Positions 13,060 through 24,006 of a stretch of DNA of 64,000 bases are shown piece by piece; the first letter of the stretch is position 1, and every line of letters starts with the position of its first letter. The notes beneath the pieces are model-generated. The model had not been told where the DNA came from, searched no databases, and was given only the letters and a program-made list of their open reading frames with translations. The position numbers and the translations under genes were made by a program. Origin of the DNA: Marsupella aquatica (Eukaryota; Plantae; Marchantiophyta); the NCBI GenBank assembly GCA_973895155.1, contig OZ316897.1, forward strand, positions 2,805,416-2,869,415, written 5' to 3'.

Positions 13060-16000
13060 CTACTCGTGGGTCCGCTGATTCGGACCACGTCTTTGAAGAA
13101 CAAATGTGCCAATCAAAATAGCAACACCTGTAACAGCAAAGGTGAACATCAACCGATGCCGAGATGCCACAGGCGCAGGAATTCCCCTAGAGTTGGGCAA
13201 TGGCTGCTGACGCGAATTTGTGTTAAATCGAGGAGTATTATAGTCTCTGCACAACCAAAAACATCCACTTGATGTGGTTAACACATCGCAAGGCCATGGA
13301 GTTGTAAAATTGTGTTTGGATTCACACCAACGTTAGACGACGAGATAATAATTTGCACATTCAACAAGAATATCTTGTGAACTACACAGTGCCAGCAGTT
13401 CACGTAGAGCCGAAATCATCAAGATTTAGGAAGAGAGCTCTAATCAAGCATAAAAATGAATAACATAAAAATGTGGCTGTCTACTAATTGACCTACCCAG
13501 CCATAAAATTATTACCACGGCGTTGTCACACACTGATAGCTGATTGTCGGTTTGCAAAGAGAAGGAAAGTTGATTCGCCTTACCTGGACATCGAACCAGA
13601 GTCATCTCTCTCCCCATGGAACTGAAGATCGTGGCCAATCTTTTCTCGAAGTCTCACATATTTACCGCAGGGTATGCACATTTCTGTGCGACTACCACAA
13701 ATATCCTGTATAACATTGTACACAGACGACGACAGGGGTGAAACACTAGAACCATTCATTCTTGTCGCCTGTAGGGACACAGTTCACAGTGCAGGACTTC
13801 CTGCTCTGATCTACTATCCGACCATTCCTCTAAATTACAACATGCGATCCATTCACTTCCCATATGACGATTACTGAAGAAACTGCGTCACTGATCCAGC
13901 AAGACTAGTAAGAGCCGACACAAAAAAACAGGAGAGTAAACTGTAAGTTCAATATACTCCCAAAATTGGGTCCTGACAGAGTGGCCAAACTAAGGGTCGC
14001 TTCAATAAACATGTGGCTGATTTCGTGAACAGCTAACACTAGAATCGAAGCAATCAATCAAGCCGTCCTGTAGGTCTTTAAGGTTCAGGCTCAAGAAACA
14101 TCATGTATTGGACAGGAAAACGATGAACACAGACAAAAGCATGACCTTCTTTCCTTCATTAATCAACCCTTTAACTGACGTGATTTCTAGTGAAACCGAT
14201 AATTCTTTGCACAGAGATTTTGCAGAGGAAGAGAGCATACCGTATGTAATGACAAGCTCGATGCTTCAACTGGGAACTCACAGTACACACATTCTACCAT
14301 GCGCTTAGGGCACTTCTCTCTCTCATGGGTTGACAGTGATTCACGACTTATTTGTGCTCCACACAGCGCACACGCTGCCTGCTTGTTGAAACATGTCATT
14401 AGAGTTACGCATTGAGAGACGTATCACTGCAACTGAGCAACAACGGCTGCGCTTGGCTACTTAGGAGAAAGTTCTTAAAACAGATAGATTTGAGCCCGAT
14501 CTCAATTTTTGCGGCGGTATTAAGCAAATGTTTTTATTGAGGGTCATTATCAAGTAAAGTTAGTGACCCAGCAGCTATAAAACGCGATAATAGGAGAGAT
14601 TTTCAAGTGAAGGAATAATATTCAAGAGGTAATACAAGGGCCCTACCGGAGCATGATACTCGTTATAGTGTTCCTCAGCCCGGACCCGGGGGACCATCTC
14701 TCGACATTCACCACACCGCTCAAGGTTCCGCTTGCAGTGTGCAGAATGGAGATCATAATTCGGTGAAGGAACATCTCTTTCACTGTGTGGAAATCACGCG
14801 AGATGAGTGCGAGCAACAACTAACTGCTTTCAAATTCCAACATCTGATTATTGTACTACATCGACTTTTTTAGACAGATCCTTGATTTGGTTTACATACA
14901 TCCTTCATTATTTAAAGAAGACCACATAATGATAATGATTACTACCGACAACCCAGCCGGGTAACTCCATCAAGCATACATAAAACCAAACAATTGAATT
15001 CCACACAGCGTCAGACAGGGAATGCTGGAAGTACAGAGATCTTCGTAGAAATTCAGTCAATATATCCTCCATAAGATCGGACACGTTGCATGCTACTGCT
15101 TGCCAATTTCATCCCTTCCCTGACCTAGCCCCGGCAATGACAAGAGGTCACTTGAATGCCTCAAAGTGCAATCCCCATTCCATTCAACAAATTCTTATAG
15201 TGCGCGAACTACATTAAGAGTCGTTACGGCTCAAGGATATCGATATATGCAGCCTAAACGGTACGAGGTTACCGACAAATTAATTTTCAAACTAAGAAGA
15301 TAGATTTGTTTCCTAGACTTGAAATGGCAAATTGCCTCATGACCCACCCTGAGATTTATCTTTATGGAATTCATTAGACATTTTTATCGACTCAGACCCC
15401 ACTCATTCCCATGTCAAATATTGCCCGTAAAACGTAACACGATCAAAGCTGATCTCTGTGCTGCATACGTCAAACGACCGAATGTTCCAAAGACCGAAAT
15501 CAATTTATGCTTGACCCACCTCACTTAATTAGCTGAATTCGTGCTAATCTAGTGCGGAAGCTCTCGACGCTACTACCCGGAAATTGAATTCCGTCAACTA
15601 CGCACTTCAATTCGAGTTTAGGGACGGTCACCCTATATTGCTCTCCATAAATGTTGCCATTATAAAAATAAAATTCCGGGTGTCTGACGTCCTACAGTAT
15701 CGTCTTGTGGCAGGCTCCCAGAGAAATCCCAACCCGCTTGCGACTATTATGAAGCAAGGCATCCCAAGCGAATCTTACCCTCACAAGACGAACTGAGCAA
15801 GGCATCGTAGGAAGACAAGGGCTCGTTCCTTCTAGCGGACGGTCGATGCAACTTGCCACCAGATCATCATGAGAAGAGAAGGAGGTAGCCAATTCAGTGA
15901 TTGCAAAGCAAGAAGACGTGTTCATTCCAACAGGAGCACAGAAACTATTAGGAGGAGGACCGTCAACAACAGCGAACGGAGGAACCCTATACACGACACG

Positions 16001-16337
16001 GCCATGAAGCTCTCCATCGCAAGACCTAGACACGAATTCTGGAGCAATCAACTTTACAGAAAAAGGCAGTTCGCAGAAGCACAGTGAACCACGCAAAACC
16101 AAACAAGCAAGCAGCGACAAGCACGTGAGAAAGCACATTGGACCTCTTCCTAATTCTCAATCCCCCGCTACTCTTTCAGCCCCTCGCCCGATCGATACTT
16201 CCATCTTTATCGACACCAACAATGAGGAGGCGAAAAGAGTAGCCGTGATTCAATGTGCGCCATAGGTGAACGTAAAATACGCACCAATGAGAGCAGAACG
16301 TGGTCGAAGAGGGGCTGCCGTTCCCCACAGCGGCCAT
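13060..16337 (-). CDS. TRAF-type zinc-finger protein (XAF1/TRAFD1-like) with C-terminal transmembrane anchor, about 211 aa
   Basis: Minus-strand exons: 16337-16285, 14782-14647, 14378-14241, 13705-13584, 13246-13060, all GT-AG and in frame. Protein: CSHCERDVPSPNYDLHSAHCKRNLERCGECREMV...CALCG...HEREKCPKRMVECVYCEFP...CGSRTEMCIPCGKYVRLRE...RLMFTFAVTGVAILIGTFVLQRR. Confidence 0.9.
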
Positions 16338-16702
16338 CTCTTCCCTCCCTCCCTCCTCCGTTCCTAAGCCTTTGTCCCTTCCTCGTACCAATCACAGACT
16401 CCCCTCCTCCTCCTCCTTCTCCTCCTAGTCCACCTCCTCCCGCTCCCCTCTCGCCTCGCTATAGATACAATAACGTCCACCGTCCTGAAACACGATCGAT
16501 CGACTTCTTCTACAAGACAGGAATTATTAAACAATTCGACGAAATGTGGAGAGCAGCCGGCAGCGAGAAATCTGCTGCCCTGTTCCTCTGCTGCTCCGAA
16601 TTGCAAAGCGGATCAATCTGTCCGGCAAAAACGCTGGAGTACGAGAACCTCAGACGCAGGGACAAATCAATCTGCCGACAACGCAAAACAACCGCAGCAC
16701 CA

Positions 16703-16843
16703 AAGCGTAGATGCTCGATCGATTTCGCAGAACGAAAAAAGCGTAGATGCTGGATCGATTTCGCACAACGAAAAAGGCGTAGGTGCTCGATCGATTTCGC
16801 ACAACGGAAAAAGCGTAGGTGGTCGATCGATTTCGCAGAAGGA
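16703..16843. repeat. About 36-bp minisatellite x4 upstream of the zinc-finger gene
   Basis: Unit approximately AAAGCGTAGATGCTCGATCGATTTCGCA(G/C)AACGAAA repeated four times. It produces the KRRCSIDFA repeat in the spurious ORF 16253-16900. Confidence 0.85.
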
Positions 16844-17136
16844 AAGAAAGTGAGTAACGAACGAGGACGGGAAGAAAAGAGGGAGAGCAGAGCAGAATGA
16901 TGACTTGTATGGCGAGACGAGAAACCTCGCGTTCTCTTTTTCGCTACTTTCCTCTTTTCTTTACTCGTTTGTCGTCTCGTCCTTCTCCCTCCTTCCGGCC
17001 GTCCGTCTCAATGCCGGCATTCGCGTCAGCCGTCGAGGGTCAAAATACCCACCGTCCCAAAACTGACGGGCACGGCCATTTTTCCGTGGGAGATCTGACG
17101 GCTTAATAATAGAGCTCGCCAAATCACTCTAAACTA

Positions 17137-17410
17137 TGCATACGGTAATTTAAAAAAATAAAAATAAAAATTTGAACAGAAGGGGGGGGGGGGGGGGGGG
17201 GGGTGCATACGGTATTGGTCACAAGATGGACCATTAGTGCGTATAAGGGTCCAAGGTTCTCTATGTTCACTTGTGTATATGGGGAGGCATATGTGAGGGT
17301 GTATATGTGCCCACCACTGAACCATTTGGTAACTCTATGTTGACTTGTGTATATGGGGAGGCATATGGGAGGCTATATATGTGCACACACCACAGAACCA
17401 TTGGTAAAAA
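17137..17410. repeat. G22 run between 11-bp direct repeats, followed by an approximately 74-bp tandem duplication
   Basis: TGCATACGGTA at 17137-17147 and 17204-17214 flanks an A-tract and a G run (17182-17203). CTCTATGTT.ACTTGTGTATATGGGGAGGCATATG...GAACCATT occurs twice at about 17259-17410. Confidence 0.75.
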
Positions 17411-20288
17411 TTATTTGTATGCGTGTCACCAACAGGCCAGAAATATTTTGGTGTAGATTAGAAACAGGAGAGCCACTGCTTGACACACAATCTAACTATA
17501 CCACCCTTGCACATTCCAAAACATTAGGACACTATGAATAAATGTCTAATTGTATCTGAGATAAGTTGGTGATGTGGCAGATTTTGATTGGCCCAAATGC
17601 TGCTTTAGTAAACCACTTCCATAAGGTAGTTTTCTAGAGAACCAATTTTCAGCAGGAGGGCAGGTGGGATGAGTGGATTTCTTAGAGCCAACTTGCATGT
17701 GAAGCTTCTCAACAATGCAGTGCTCAGCATTTGCTAAATGTTAGGGGAAAAGCAGATCTACTTTGACAACAGTATCTGCCCAGTGGACAACAACGCTTGC
17801 AATGACAGAGTTTCATAACATGTGTTTTGTTTGGGCTTTTGTTTTATGCTGGAGTTTGAGGTCAAGACCTCAAGGACCAGAAAGTTCACTGCCCTTGCCC
17901 TTGTAAGGACTATGTTTTTGCTGTCAAGTCCAACACGAATGGGTTTTTTTTGCTCATTTACATTCTGCCGTGAGTCAGTTTGAGGGCCGGAAAACATAAG
18001 GCCGCTCACATGCGAGTGGGATCTTTGAGGGAGAAGTTTTGACTTGCCCCTATGTATTTAGATGAGAGGGACCAATTTATCATAAAGTGCAAAAAATGTA
18101 GAATAGAGTAAAAACAAGAGGTCCACAAAGGACAAAGACTATACACATAAGACCAGTGAAAATGTAAACTTCAATGGTGAGATGCTCTAATGGATTTTGG
18201 TGAGGTCCCCTTATTGGGCAATCCACCTGACCTGCTCAGGAGTGCTCTTTTGCAGTAACAATTATTGAACATTTAAATTTTCTTTAGGAGAGTCCATTCC
18301 TTGTTTTTCCTAGGCTTTTTTAGTGTAGACAAAACCCCCTTAAATATTTTTCTTTATTAGTTGTATGAATTCATTTTTTGGTCTCTTCTGGATTGCAACA
18401 GTACTTTCCCAATGCCTTGGCTTTGGGTCTTTGTAAAATACTAGTATCTCCTCCATGTTTCCAACCCGACCTTCCATGCATCCCCATCAATCACTCAAAC
18501 CACACCCCCATCAAACATACCACTCTAAGATTTGACTACAGTAAGATGGTGAATGAAGTAAAGAGAAAGAAAATGGTAATAGCACTCCCGTAGTGGGATG
18601 TATGGGTAGGTTTTAGTTAGACGGTTATTTGAGACACGTAGACTGGAGATAAGTAGTGGAGTGTAACATAAAAATGATCCAAGAGTGAAGTTGATCCAAA
18701 CAATTAACTTCAAATCGTGAAAGTGGATGAGATTTAGAATTAGGCAAAGTAGGATGAATATTGACATGGAGATCCAAGTGACTTCATCTTTCAGGTTATT
18801 CACTGAGCACATCCAAATGGGCTTCATTGTCCAGGGTGCTCCATGAGCCCACAAGCTCTGTTGGCCTGATCATAGTAAACTTAGGCGGTTATGTAGGCTC
18901 ACTTAGCAGGACACACAGCTTTGTTACAACACTTAAGATATTCCAAGGACCATTTCTTTGATTGAGTTAAGAAAAACCCCTAAAATGAGATGGGAGTACA
19001 GGATCCACAACTCTAATAAGATGCTTCTGATGGTACCAGGAATTTTGGTCATGTAGCAAGAGAGAAATGAAGGTAGATCACTGCTGATTGCCTCTAGAAG
19101 AGAATGGAGTTTTAACACAATATTATATCTTCTTTACTGCTGAACAACAGTGAGTGATCTTGTGCTCAATGGAAAGCAGTTTTTGGTGTCTTCCTAACTT
19201 TACCTAGATCAAAACATTTCATCCAGAATCAAGAGAGAAATGATGGGAACTGCAACTTGCAATTTTGTTTCTTAGGGGGGAAACAAAATGTTGCTGCTAC
19301 TGAGATGCAACAGTATGTAGCCGTTCAAACAAGCTGGTGAAGCTTCGACCTGTCTTTACATACGCAAAGCATATACATCAAGCATATAAGTAAGGAATGA
19401 AAAAGGAAACCTGCCCTTTGACATCAACCTGAAGTAAACCCATGACAACTTGCCGTCCAGGGTTTTTTGGGTAGCAAATGTTTTTGCTGGATTCCACCTC
19501 TACAAAAACTCTTTGCCACTTTTGGCAAAAATGTGCTAGTTTTTGATGTCCTAGCCAGTTTCCCACCTAGTCACAGGCCCCATAAGCAAGAACTAATGGC
19601 CCTCCTTAAATCTAGGAGATCTCACAGTCAGAAATTTGAGACTTTCAGATAAAGAGCATCTTTAGCATTTTGTCCTTCACACACCTGACATTGGCCACTC
19701 TGGCTAATAAGGAAAAACCTTAAAGATTACACTGCTCCTCTACACATTGAAATTTCAAAGTTAGAAAAGACACTGCACTGTGTTTATCTTATTATTAAAG
19801 CGCCATGCAAAGTTATTTTTCATTCTCCAGACCATAACTTCACTTAACTTTGGGGTGCATGAAAGTGGGGTTGCAAGGAATGAGGACAGAGTCATAAATG
19901 AGTCGTACATAGTAAGGAATCATTTTCTGGCAATGTTTTCCTGTACTCACCTACATTTATATTTATGTTCAAAAGAAAGGGTAGTCAGGGTAGTCAGGGT
20001 AGTCAGGTGTAAAGCATGGCTAGGTGGGAGTGACCTTGGACAATTTACTGTCCATCTGTAAACTCCTATCAAATTCCAACACTCTACTCAGAGGAAAAGC
20101 CTTGAGAGGCTTTACTAAAAACTCCTAACAAGCTACTATACTCGGAATTCCCTCTTAGAGTAAAGGCTCTCCTAAAAACTCCCAACAAGCTACTCTATTC
20201 CATTAAGTTGTTTGGTCTTTCATCAATTTTTGTTGACTCATACCATCACACATCAACACTTTTCTTGAGAATTCTGTCTCATAAAAAT

Positions 20289-20600
20289 AAACTGTATGAA
20301 TATACAGTCTGCTAGATTATTGTGTTTAAACTGTATGAATATACAGTCTGCTAGCTTATTGTGTTTAAACTGTATGAATATACAGTCTGCTAGATTATTG
20401 TGTTTAAACTGTATGAATATACAGTCTGCTAGCTTATTGTGTTTAAACTGTATGAATATACAGTCTGCTAGATTATTGTGTTTAAACTGTATGAATATAC
20501 AATCTGCTAGCTTATTGTGTTTAAACTGTATGAATATACAGTCTGCTAGATTATTGTGTTTAAACTGTATAAATATACAGTCTGCTAGCTTATTGTGTTT
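20289..20600. repeat. 39-bp tandem array x8 with strict 78-bp higher-order periodicity
   Basis: Unit AAACTGTATGAATATACAGTCTGCTAG(A/C)TTATTGTGTTT. The variable base runs A,C,A,C,A,C,A,C, and there are only two other substitutions. Confidence 0.97.
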
Positions 20601-21355
20601 GCCAGTGCAGTAGCTGGGTATTCAAGATGTTGTCTACATACATAGCAAAATTAAATTTATCAATGTTTGACAACCCTAACGGTTGGTAAGGCCGGTCACT
20701 CATCCCTTTGTGGGATATTTAGTCTTCTTTATATAGTCTCCGTGCATAAGTGGGTTGATCGTATACAGTTGATTAAAATATTGCATAACGCAATAGCTCC
20801 CGTCCTTAACCTTATATGGGATTCACTCTCGGAGGAAAAGCCTTGAAGGGCAAATTATGAAACTGCTATATATGGTGAATCCATCTTTCAGATTTTGTCT
20901 TATTCAGATTTTGTGTTCAGTATTTTTATTGTAATGTGCCTTAACTAGGTGAATCATTTCTACTAATTTGATTTTGAATCAACTTTTGGACACCTTTTAA
21001 TTTTAGTGAACTTAGAGTATTTTGAATGTATTTGGCTCTCATCATAAATGTTTTATCTTTCCTTTCCAATGGATAGCTCTTTAGTGAATTATTTTTTTCC
21101 TGAGAGAGTGAGAGAAATGAGTTTGAACAATGTGCACATTTGGTGAACTAAGTTCCCCTCATGGTTTCTTTTACAAAATTTATGGTTTAATTGAGTTGAT
21201 TGTCATTACCTAGAATCAAATCAAAATCTGTACTGTGTCCACAACTCTTTAGTGTACTATGTGACTCATTCTTAATTAAGAGATATTAATTTCTTAGCAT
21301 ATATTTTACATGTACCTAGATTTTTTATCATAAAATAAATCAAATGAATTACATA

Positions 21356-22761
21356 GAGATATATACTTAGTGGACCTCCAAATGCAACTTTTTCTCTTAA
21401 TGGACCAAAAGTTGCACACGCCCTCCCAGTGGACCCCAATGTTTAGATTCTCTCCCAATGGACCCCCGGGCCCACTCCGTACAAGCATGTTCTTATGAAA
21501 CACCTTGCCACACAGTTCAGGTCCACTACATACCATGTGGACACCGTGGTTGGTCATGTGTAGTAGGCCGTCGATAACTTCACAGTCCACAAGCATCGTA
21601 GCCCTGGTCGCAATCGAGCGCGGCAACATGATGGCTTCCTAGTTTTTGTGAATACAATATAGCTATTGTATTCAAACTACAATAGCCGCAATCTAGAACA
21701 ATCGGAAGAATACAACATGGTCAATGTATTTACTCTACGCATGCAATGACACGTCGCGATTCTAGGTTGCGTCTGCTTTGCTTGTAGGTTGCGTCTGCTT
21801 TGCTTGTACGTTGCGTCTGCTTTGGATACACAGTGGACATTGTATTCAAAGATTGCACCTAAACAAAGTTAGGATTCCCCTGCCTTACATACAGGCAATA
21901 AGGCTTGCTATAATCAACAAAACCAAAACCTGTTCAACATAGAACGATAAATGTGTGTCTTGCATACAATATGCATGTTGTATGCACATTTCCCCCGACT
22001 TTACGACGAAGACACCCCCTTGTCGAAGCCTTCCCAAATGGACAAAACTTATCATATTACAACACAAAAATATGATTTGTCATGTATACACTTTGCACGT
22101 TGTATTCGGATTTTCACACTTAGGAAAAAATTTGTCCCTCCGACTTTACGAAGATGCCCCTCTTTCCCTGCCGAAGCCTGCTCAAATGGGCAAAACCTAT
22201 TGTATTTCAACATAGAAATATGATTTGTCATGTATACACTTTGCACACTGTATTTAGATTTCACACTTAGACAAAAACTTTGTCACTCTGACTTTACGAA
22301 GACACCCCCCTCCGAAGCCTACCCAAATGGACAAAACCTATTGTATTATAACACAGAGATATGACTTGTCATGTATACACTTTGCAAGTTGTATTCGGAT
22401 TTCACACTTAGAAAAAAAAATTGTCCCTCTAACTTTACGAAAACGCCCCCCCGCCAAAGTGACGGTTCATGTTTGTATGCATTGTGGTCAATGTATACAT
22501 TATGGGATTATACATTGATTCACTCGGAACTGCGATCGTAGTCGACTGCGTTCGGCGATGCGGTCGGACACTGAAGAACAGTAGAACATGCTGCGTTTTA
22601 CAGTGACAATCTCGCGTTATAAGAACTGCACAATGTATTAGAAGAACATCTCACACGAAATGGCACCTCTGGTGGGCCTGGAGGTCCATTGGGAGGGGTG
22701 TGCAACTTTTGGTCCATTAGGAAAACAAGTTGCATTTGGAGGTCCACTAAGTATATCTCTC
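21356..22761. mobile_element. Non-autonomous Mutator-like (MULE) DNA transposon, about 1.4 kb
   Basis: Imperfect TIRs of about 80 bp (GAGA(T/G)ATATACTTAGTGGACCTCCAAATGCAACTT...GGACCAAAAGTTGCACAC...). Exact 10-bp TSD GAATTACATA at 21346-21355 and 22762-22771. No transposase ORF. G-starting long TIRs with a 9-11 bp TSD are typical of Mutator. Confidence 0.88.
21995..22455. repeat. About 145-bp internal tandem repeat x3 inside the MULE
   Basis: Recurrent ACTTTACG..AAGA..CCCC...CAAATGG.CAAAAC.TAT...ATATGA.TTGTCATGTATACACTTTGCA...TGTATT..GATTT.CACACTTAG. A separate 21-bp repeat, GTTGCGTCTGCTTTGCTTGTA x3, lies at about 21765-21825. Confidence 0.85.
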
Positions 22762-24006
22762 GAATTACATATCGAATTACATATCACCGTAAGACAAAAA
22801 CAGAGGCATGTTCCAGAATGAACATGCTCTATGGGATTCACTCTTGGAGGAAATGCCTTGAGGGGCGTTCCTAAAAACTCCTAACACCCTACTCCTCTAG
22901 GAATTCTGAATTCACTCTCAGAGGCTAAACTCGATGTGGTGGGCCTCGTCTACATCCTGTGGTGACACGGCTGACACTTGAAAGCCATAAAGCCATTGCA
23001 AACGGGAGGTCAGGAAGAGGATTGCGGGGCGAGCGAGACTCAGGGAGCACACGACAGGTGGAGATGAAAGAACCATAGGGAGCCGACAAAGAATACCTCT
23101 GCTGCTGCAAGCTGCGCGGTTCGAACTCGGTCGATTTCGGTCGGCCTAGCGGGTCTGTCTCATACTCGTCTCGCCAGGTGTTTTGAAGACACTGGTGCCT
23201 GGCGAGACTGAGGGAGCGCTCGAGGTGGTGGTGGACTCATGGACAACCCCCGACCATGCAGCCTCCCTTTTGCCCTTCGTCCGTCCGGCCCTCAAGCCAT
23301 AGATGCTGGCATGCTGCAGTCCTGCTCGTTCGAATTGGTGACGACGAAGAATGGTGATGGAGGAACACTGGAGCCAATATTAATAAAGCGATGGTGGACG
23401 AGCGATGGCGCAGCGGAGAAGTCGGAGTCGGTCTCATTTGGTTCACGACTGTACCAATTGATCATTTGGGCTTGGTCGACTGTGCCAATTGAGCGACATT
23501 GATTGCGTGTTGCCTCAGACGGGATGCGAAGTAGGTTTGGTGTTTGACTGATGAGGGCAGAGAAAAGGCGGAAAGAAGACGGTGATGCTGGCTTGTCCAC
23601 TCGGAGGAAGAGAAGAGATACAAAGGAGGGAGGTCTGGCTTAGACCGAGGTGTCTTGAGATTGGAAAATAAATAGTTAGAAGGGGAGGACTAGAGGAAAG
23701 GCGGAAAAAGAAGGGAGGAAAGGGGGGAGAGTGGAAGGCATCAGAGGAGAAGCGGGAGCGGAGAATGGACAGCATAGAATTGTGAAGGAAGGTGTGGGAG
23801 CGTGGCGGGAGTGGAAATTGTTTGGTCCGCAGACATTTAGGTGCGGAGATTTTTGAGAAAGAAGCTTTTTTTGGTTGGGGCAGTGATTGAACCGAACTCT
23901 CGCTCTGTTCTGGAGGCGAGAAGTGGTGTTCGAGGAGGGTTTGGGAATCTAGAACTAGAGAGAAAGTGAGCGAGAGAGAGAGAGGCAGGAAGGACCGCAA
24001 GAAAGG

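Noticed and set aside
15692-16138. 148-aa minus-strand ORF
   Set aside because: It lies within intron 1 of the zinc-finger gene, has a non-ATG start and shows no recognisable domain.
16253-16900. 215-aa plus-strand ORF with poly-Pro and KRRCSIDFA repeats
   Set aside because: It is antisense to exon 1 and the leader of the zinc-finger gene, and is explained by a GA-rich UTR and the 36-bp minisatellite.
20289-20600. CRISPR-like array, and the 105-aa repeat ORF (MNIQSARLLCLNC)n
   Set aside because: The units are contiguous with no unique spacers, there are no cas genes and the context is eukaryotic. The ORF arises because the 39-bp unit is a multiple of three.
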